Sequence record: FJ483840.1
DNA: 4,218 nucleotides
Origin: Escherichia phage Qbeta
Direction: 5' to 3' (one strand)
In this document: piece by piece, positions 1-4,218 of the stretch
Position numbering within the stretch: the first letter of the stretch is position 1
Layout of the letters: every line of letters starts with the position of its first letter
Translations under genes and position numbers: made by a program
The notes under the pieces: generated by a model
What the model saw: only the letters and a program-made list of their open reading frames with translations
Database searches by the model: none
What the model was told of the DNA's origin: nothing

Positions 1-61
1 GGGGGACCCCCCTTAGGGGGTCACCTCACACAGCAGTACTTCACTAAGTATGAGAGGACAT
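1..61 (+). promoter_or_regulatory. 5' untranslated leader of an ssRNA phage genome, with terminal G-run and a C-run/G-run hairpin
   Basis: The sequence begins GGGGGACCCCCCTTAGGGGG. The C-run (7..12) and G-run (16..20) can form a 5-bp hairpin with a UUA loop. An AGAGGA Shine-Dalgarno-like element lies at 53..58, just ahead of the AUG at 62. A terminal 5' G-run is characteristic of Qβ-type genomes. Confidence 0.75.
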
Positions 62-1324
62 ATGCCTAAATTACCACGTGGTCTGCGTTTCGGAGCCGAT
101 AATGAAATTCTTAATGATTTTCAGGAGCTCTGGTTTCCAGACCTCTTTATCGAATCTTCCGACACGCATCCGTGGTACACACTGAAAGGTCGTGTGTTGA
201 ACGCTCATCTTGATGATCGCCTACCTAATGTAGGTGGTCGCCAGGTCAGGCGTACTCCACATCGTGTTACTGTTCCGATTGCCTCTTCAGGCCTTCGTCC
301 GGTAACAACCGTTCAGTATGATCCCGCAGCACTATCGTTCTTATTGAACGCTCGTGTTGATTGGGATTTCGGTAATGGCGATAGTGCGAACCTTGTCATT
401 AATGACTTTTTGTTTCGCACTTCCGCACCTAAGGAGTTCGATTTCTCGAATTCTTTAGTTCCTCGTTATACTCAGGCCTTCTCCGCTTTTAATGCCAAGT
501 ATGGCACTATGATCGGCGAAGGGCTCGAGACTATAAAATATCTCGGGCTGTTACTGCGCAGACTGCGTGAGGGTTACCGCGCTGTTAAACGCGGCGATTT
601 ACGTGCTCTTCGCAGGGTTATCCAGTCTTACCATAATGGTAAGTGGAAGCCGACTACTGCTGGTAATCTCTGGCTTGAATTTCGTTATGGCCTTATGCCT
701 CTCTTCTATGACATCAAAGACGTCATGTTAGATTGGCAGAACCGTCATGATAAAATTCAACGCCTCCTTCGGTTTTCTGTCGGTCACGGTGAGGACTGCG
801 TTGTCGAATTCGACAACTTATATCCAGCCGTTGCTTACTTTAAACTGAAAGGTGAGATTACACTCGAACGCCGTCATCGTCATGGTATATCTTACGCTAA
901 TCGCGAAGGATATGCTGTTTTCGATAACGGTTCCCTTCGGCCTGTGTCCGATTGGAAGGAGCTTGCCACCGCATTCATCAATCCGCATGAAGTTGCTTGG
1001 GAGCTAACTCCCTACAGCTTCGTTGTTGATTGGTTCTTGAATGTCGGTGACATACTTGCTCAACAGGGTCAGCTATATCATAATATCGATATTGTAGACG
1101 GTTTTGACAGACGTGACATCCGGCTCAAATCCTTCACTATAAAAGGTGAACGAAATGGGCGGCCTGTTAACGTTTCTGCTGACCTGTCTGCTGTCGATTT
1201 ATTTTACAGCCGACTCCATACGAGCAGTCTTCCGTTCGCTACACTTGATCTCGATACTACCTTTAGTTCGTATAAACACGTCCTTGATAGTATCTTTTTA
1301 TTAACCCAACGCATTAAGCGTTGA
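62..1324 (+). CDS. A2: Maturation protein A2 (attachment protein; in Qβ also the lysis effector that inhibits MurA)
   Basis: ORF from the AUG at 62 to the TGA at 1322..1324 encodes 420 aa (MPKLPRGLRFGADNEILNDFQELWFPDLFIESSDTHPWYTLKGRV...). I recognise this as near-identical to Qβ A2. It is the first gene, as in all leviviruses. The six-frame track starts the ORF at an upstream in-frame AUG at 50 (MRGH extension); I favour 62 because the AGAGGA element at 53..58 sits immediately upstream of it. Confidence 0.93.
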   Translation: MPKLPRGLRFGADNEILNDFQELWFPDLFIESSDTHPWYTLKGRVLNAHLDDRLPNVGGRQVRRTPHRVTVPIASSGLRPVTTVQYDPAALSFLLNARVDWDFGNGDSANLVINDFLFRTSAPKEFDFSNSLVPRYTQAFSAFNAKYGTMIGEGLETIKYLGLLLRRLREGYRAVKRGDLRALRRVIQSYHNGKWKPTTAGNLWLEFRYGLMPLFYDIKDVMLDWQNRHDKIQRLLRFSVGHGEDCVVEFDNLYPAVAYFKLKGEITLERRHRHGISYANREGYAVFDNGSLRPVSDWKELATAFINPHEVAWELTPYSFVVDWFLNVGDILAQQGQLYHNIDIVDGFDRRDIRLKSFTIKGERNGRPVNVSADLSAVDLFYSRLHTSSLPFATLDLDTTFSSYKHVLDSIFLLTQRIKR

Positions 1325-1344
1325 AACTTTGGGTCAATTTGATC

Positions 1345-1746
1345 ATGGCAAAATTAGAGACTGTTACTTTAAGTAACATCGGGAAAGATGGACAACAAAC
1401 TCTGGTCCTCAACCCGCGTGGGGTAAATCCCACTAACGGTGTTGCCGCGCTTTCACAAGCGGGTGCAGTTCCTGCACTGGAGAAGCGTGTTACCGTTTCG
1501 GTATCCCAGCCTTCTCGCAATCGCAAGAACTACAAGGTCCAGGTTAAGATCCAGAACCCGACCGCTTGCACTGCAAACGGTTCTTGTGACCCATCCGTTA
1601 CTCGCCAGGCATATGCTGACGTGACTTTCTCGTTCACGCAGTATAGTACCGATGAGGAACGAGCTTTTGTTCGTACAGAGCTTATCGCTCTGCTCGCTAG
1701 TCCTCTGCTGATCGATGCTATTGATCAGCTGAATCCAGCGTATTGA
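1345..1746 (+). CDS. cp: Major coat (capsid) protein
   Basis: AUG at 1345 to the TGA at 1744..1746 encodes 133 aa (MAKLETVTLSNIGKDGQQTLVLNPRGVNPTNGVAALSQAGAVPALEKRVTVSVSQPSRNRKNYKVQVKIQNPTACTANGSCDPSVTRQAYADVTFSFTQYSTDEERAFVRTELIALLASPLLIDAIDQLNPAY). This is recognisably the Qβ coat protein, including the two Cys residues (CTANGSC) that form inter-subunit disulfides in Qβ. The track ORF starts at 1321 because it counts a TTG; the real start is the AUG at 1345. Confidence 0.96.
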   Translation: MAKLETVTLSNIGKDGQQTLVLNPRGVNPTNGVAALSQAGAVPALEKRVTVSVSQPSRNRKNYKVQVKIQNPTACTANGSCDPSVTRQAYADVTFSFTQYSTDEERAFVRTELIALLASPLLIDAIDQLNPAY

Positions 1747-2334
1747 ACACTGCTCATTGCCGGTGGTGGCTCAGGGTCAAACCCCGATTCGGTTATCCCG
1801 GATCCACCGATTGATCCGCCGCCAGGGACAGGCAAGTATACCTGTCCCTTCGCAATTTGGTCCCTAGAGGAGGTTTACGAGCCTCCTACTAGGAACCGAC
1901 CGTGGCCTATCTACAATGCTGTCGAACTCCGGCCTCGCAAGTTTGATGTTGCCCTCGAAGATCTTTTGGGCAATACAAATTGGCGCGACTGGGATTCACG
2001 GCTGAGTTATACCACGTTCCGCGGTTGCCGTGGCAATGGTTATATTGACCTCGATGCGACTTATCTTGCTACTGATCAGGCTATGCGTGATCAGAAGTAC
2101 GATATTCGCGAGGGCAAAAAACCTGGTGCTTTCGGTAACATTGAGCGATTCATTTATCTTAAGTCGATAAATGCTTATTGCTCTCTTAGCGATATTGCGG
2201 CCTATCACGCCGATGGTGTGATAGTTGGCTTTTGGCGCGATCCATCTAGTGGTGGTGCCATACCGTTTGACTTCACTAAGTTTGATAAGACTAAATGTCC
2301 TATTCAAGCCGTGATAGTCGTTCCTCGTGCTTAG
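1345..2334 (+). CDS. A1: A1 read-through protein (minor capsid protein; coat extended by about 196 aa through suppression of the coat UGA)
   Basis: The frame stays open after the coat UGA (1744..1746) from 1747 to a TAG at 2332..2334, which is followed immediately by an in-frame TAA at 2335..2337. The extension reads TLLIAGGGSGSNPDSVIPDPPIDPPPGTGKYTCPFAIWSLEEVYEPP...KCPIQAVIVVPRA, which I recognise as the Qβ A1 read-through domain. Total length is 329 aa if UGA is decoded as Trp. Confidence 0.9.
1744..1746 (+). other. Leaky UGA stop codon (programmed translational read-through site separating coat from the A1 extension)
   Basis: UGA in the context UAU-UGA-ACA-CUG, followed by about 585 nt of open in-frame sequence. 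In Qβ this UGA is misread by tRNA-Trp at a few percent frequency. Confidence 0.88.
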
Positions 2335-2348
2335 TAACTAAGGATGAA

Positions 2349-2368
2349 ATGCATGTCTAAGACAGCAT
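2349..2368 (+). promoter_or_regulatory. Coat-protein translational operator hairpin containing the replicase initiation codon
   Basis: AUGCAUGUC-UAA-GACAGCAU forms an 8-bp stem (2349..2357 paired with 2361..2368) with a bulged A at 2353 and a 3-nt UAA loop. The replicase AUG (2353..2355) lies in the 5' arm. This matches the known Qβ operator that coat-protein dimers bind to repress replicase translation. Confidence 0.88.
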
Positions 2369-4122
2369 CTTCGCATAACTCTCTTAGCGCACAATTGCGC
2401 CGAGCTGCGAACACAAGAATTGAGGTAGAAGGTAACCTCGCACTTTCCATTGCCAACGATTTACTATTGGCTTATGGTCAATCGCCATTTAACTCTGAAG
2501 CTGAGTGTATTTCACTCAGTCCGAGATTCGACGGGACCCCGGATGACTTTAGGATAAATTATCTTAAAGCCGAGGTCATGTCGAAGTATGACGATTTCAG
2601 CCTAGGTATTGATACCGAAGCTGCTGCCTGGGAAAAGTTCCTGGCAGCAGAGGCTGAATGTGCTTTAACGAACGCTCGTCTCTATAGGCCTGACTACAGT
2701 GAGGATTTCAATTTCTCACTGGGCGAGTCATGTATTCACATGGCTCGTAGAAAAATAGCCAAGTTAATAGGAGACGCTCCGTCCGTTGAGGGTATGTTGC
2801 GTCACTGCCGTTTTTCCGGTGGTGCCACAACAACGAATAACCGTTCGTACGGTCATCCGTCCTTCAAGTTTGCGCTTCCACAAGCGTGTACGCCTCGGGC
2901 TTTGAAATATGTTTTAGCTCTTAGAGCTTCTACACATTTCGATATCAGAATTTCTGATATTAGCCCTTTTAATAAAGCAGTTACTGTACCTAAGAACAGT
3001 AAAACCGATCGTTGTATTGCTATCGAGCCTGGCTGGAATATGTTTTTTCAACTAGGCATCGGTGGCATTCTACGCGATCGGTTGCGTTGCTGGGGTATCG
3101 ATCTGAATGATCAGACGATAAATCAGCGCCGCGCTCACGAAGGCTCCGTTACTAATAATTTAGCAACGGTTGATCTCTCAGCGGCAAGCGATTCTATATC
3201 TCTTGCTCTCTGTGAGCTCTTACTGCCCCCAGGCTGGTTTGAGGTCCTTATGGACCTCAGATCACCTAAAGGGCGGTTGCCTGACGGTAGTGTTGTTACC
3301 TATGAGAAGATTTCCTCTATGGGTAACGGATACACATTCGAGCTTGAGTCGCTTATCTTTGCTTCTCTTGCTCGTTCCGTTTGTGAGATACTGGACTTAG
3401 ACTCATCTGAGGTCACTGTCTACGGAGACGATATTATCTTACCGTCCTGTGCAGTCCCTGCCCTTCGGGAAGTCTTTAAGTATGTTGGTTTTACAACCAA
3501 TACTAAAAAGACTTTTTCCGAGGGGCCGTTCAGAGAGTCGTGCGGTAAGCACTACTATTCTGGCGTAGATGTTACTCCCTTCTACATACGTCACCGTATA
3601 GTGACCCCTGCCGATTTAATACTGGTTTTGAATAACCTATATCGGTGGGCCACGATTGATGGCGTATGGGATCCTAGGGCCCATCCCGTGTACCTCAAGT
3701 ATCGTAAGTTGCTGCCTAAACAGCTGCAACGTAATACTATACCTGATGGTTACGGTGATGGGGCCCTCGTCGGATCGGTCCTGATCAATCCTTTCGCGAA
3801 AAACCGCGGGTGGATCCGGTACGTACCGGTGATCACGGACCATACAAGGGACCGAGAGCGCGCTGAGTTAGGGTCGTATCTTTACGACCTCTTCTCGCGT
3901 TGTCTCCCGGAAAGTAACGATGGGTTGCCTCTAAGGGGTCCGTCGAGTTGCGATTCTGTAAATCTGTCTGCTGTCGATCAACTTATCTGTAGGAGCAATC
4001 CTACAAAGATAAGTAGATCTACTGGCAAGTTCGATATACAGTATATCGCGTGCAGTAGCCGTGTTCTGGCACCCTACGGGGTCTTCCAGGGCACGAAGGT
4101 TACATCTCTACACGAGGTGTAA
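2353..4122 (+). CDS. rep: RNA-directed RNA polymerase, replicase beta subunit (catalytic subunit)
   Basis: AUG at 2353 to the TAA at 4120..4122 encodes 589 aa (MSKTASSHNSLSAQLRRAANTRIEVEGNLALSIANDLLLAYGQ...). The canonical RdRp catalytic motif YGDD is at 3421..3432 (VTVYGDDIILPS). An AAGGA Shine-Dalgarno-like element lies at 2340..2344. I recognise the protein as the Qβ replicase. The track ORF starts at an in-frame AUG at 2344 (MKC-) that overlaps the SD; 2353 is the accepted start. Confidence 0.95.
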   Translation: MSKTASSHNSLSAQLRRAANTRIEVEGNLALSIANDLLLAYGQSPFNSEAECISLSPRFDGTPDDFRINYLKAEVMSKYDDFSLGIDTEAAAWEKFLAAEAECALTNARLYRPDYSEDFNFSLGESCIHMARRKIAKLIGDAPSVEGMLRHCRFSGGATTTNNRSYGHPSFKFALPQACTPRALKYVLALRASTHFDIRISDISPFNKAVTVPKNSKTDRCIAIEPGWNMFFQLGIGGILRDRLRCWGIDLNDQTINQRRAHEGSVTNNLATVDLSAASDSISLALCELLLPPGWFEVLMDLRSPKGRLPDGSVVTYEKISSMGNGYTFELESLIFASLARSVCEILDLDSSEVTVYGDDIILPSCAVPALREVFKYVGFTTNTKKTFSEGPFRESCGKHYYSGVDVTPFYIRHRIVTPADLILVLNNLYRWATIDGVWDPRAHPVYLKYRKLLPKQLQRNTIPDGYGDGALVGSVLINPFAKNRGWIRYVPVITDHTRDRERAELGSYLYDLFSRCLPESNDGLPLRGPSSCDSVNLSAVDQLICRSNPTKISRSTGKFDIQYIACSSRVLAPYGVFQGTKVTSLHEV

Positions 4123-4218
4123 CCTGGGAGGGCGCCAATATGGCGCCTAATTGTGAATAAATTATCACAATTACTCTTACGAGTGAGAGAGGGATCTGCT
4201 TTGCCCTCTCTCCTCCCA
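4123..4218 (+). promoter_or_regulatory. 3' untranslated region with three stem-loops and terminal CCCA (replicase recognition and initiation region)
   Basis: Hairpin 1: GGCGCC (4131..4136) / GGCGCC (4142..4147), loop AAUAU. Hairpin 2: UAAUUGUGA (4148..4156) / UCACAAUUA (4165..4173), 8-nt A/U-rich loop. Hairpin 3: GAGAGAGGG (4185..4193) / CCCUCUCUC (4204..4212), 10-nt loop AUCUGCUUUG. The genome ends ...CUCCCA-3', the hallmark 3' terminus of Qβ-type phage RNA. Confidence 0.85.

Noticed and set aside
1321-1344. Extended coat ORF starting at TTG 1321 (MKLWVNLIM-), as listed in the ORF track
   Set aside because: The TTG at 1321 overlaps the A2 stop codon and only arises from permissive start-codon rules. 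The coat protein initiates at the AUG at 1345 (MAKLETV...), matching the known N-terminus.
1314-1526. Minus-strand ORF (70 aa) opposite the A2/coat junction
   Set aside because: The genome is a + sense ssRNA phage. The minus strand is only a replication intermediate and is not translated. The ORF has no recognisable product and its size is consistent with chance.
1439-1624. Plus-strand ORF (61 aa) in an alternative frame inside the coat gene
   Set aside because: It is fully nested in the highly constrained coat gene and has no convincing Shine-Dalgarno element. The Arg/Leu/Ser-rich low-complexity translation is typical of an out-of-frame reading of coding sequence. No such gene is known in Qβ.
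1996-2307. Minus-strand ORF (103 aa) opposite the A1 read-through domain
   Set aside because: Same reasoning: the antisense strand of an ssRNA phage is not coding, and the ORF lies entirely opposite a well-supported + strand gene.
2344-2352. Extended replicase ORF starting at AUG 2344 (MKCMSK-)
   Set aside because: This AUG overlaps the Shine-Dalgarno-like AAGGA and is too close to it to be the initiation codon. The established Qβ replicase N-terminus is MSKTASS, from the AUG at 2353, which sits in the operator hairpin.
3170-3400. Plus-strand +1-frame ORF (76 aa from TTG at 3170; 32 aa from internal AUG at 3302) inside the replicase gene, with hydrophobic stretches (LSLLLLLVPFV) reminiscent of single-gene lysis proteins
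   Set aside because: Leviviral lysis genes are often small embedded ORFs, so I considered it. It has no convincing ribosome binding site, the hydrophobic runs are what Leu-rich off-frame translation commonly produces, and Qβ-type phages lyse via A2. Without conservation across related genomes or expression data it is most likely spurious.
3637-3843. Minus-strand ORF (68 aa) opposite the replicase gene
   Set aside because: Antisense to the replicase in a + strand RNA phage. No start context and no recognisable product.
1-4218. Searched for CRISPR repeats, tRNA/rRNA genes, IS elements or inverted terminal repeats, toxin-antitoxin pairs and other defence or accessory modules
   Set aside because: None were found. 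The window is fully occupied by the four overlapping or adjacent genes and UTRs of a small RNA phage, and there is no repeat-spacer periodicity or structured RNA gene outside the viral cis-elements described.

Overview
This window appears to be a complete, end-to-end genome (in DNA/cDNA form) of a positive-sense ssRNA coliphage of the Qβ type (Allolevivirus; family Fiersviridae, formerly Leviviridae). It has the textbook layout: a 5' leader starting with a G-run, the maturation protein A2 (62..1324), the coat protein (1345..1746), the A1 minor capsid protein made by read-through of the coat UGA stop (1345..2334), the replicase beta subunit (2353..4122), and a structured 3' UTR ending in CCCA. 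I recognise the translated proteins directly as Qβ proteins, with a handful of amino-acid differences from the reference as I remember it, so this looks like a Qβ strain or close variant. Cis-acting RNA elements visible in the sequence include the coat-protein operator hairpin over the replicase start codon, three 3'-UTR hairpins, and a 7-nt complementarity between the 3'-terminal hairpin loop and a site inside the replicase gene. I find no evidence of a previously undescribed system: every long + strand ORF is accounted for by known Qβ genes, and the - strand ORFs are not expected to be coding. The most checkable points are an in-frame AUG at 50 upstream of the canonical A2 start and the apparent coat-protein substitutions. 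All comparisons with reference Qβ are from memory and need an alignment to confirm.
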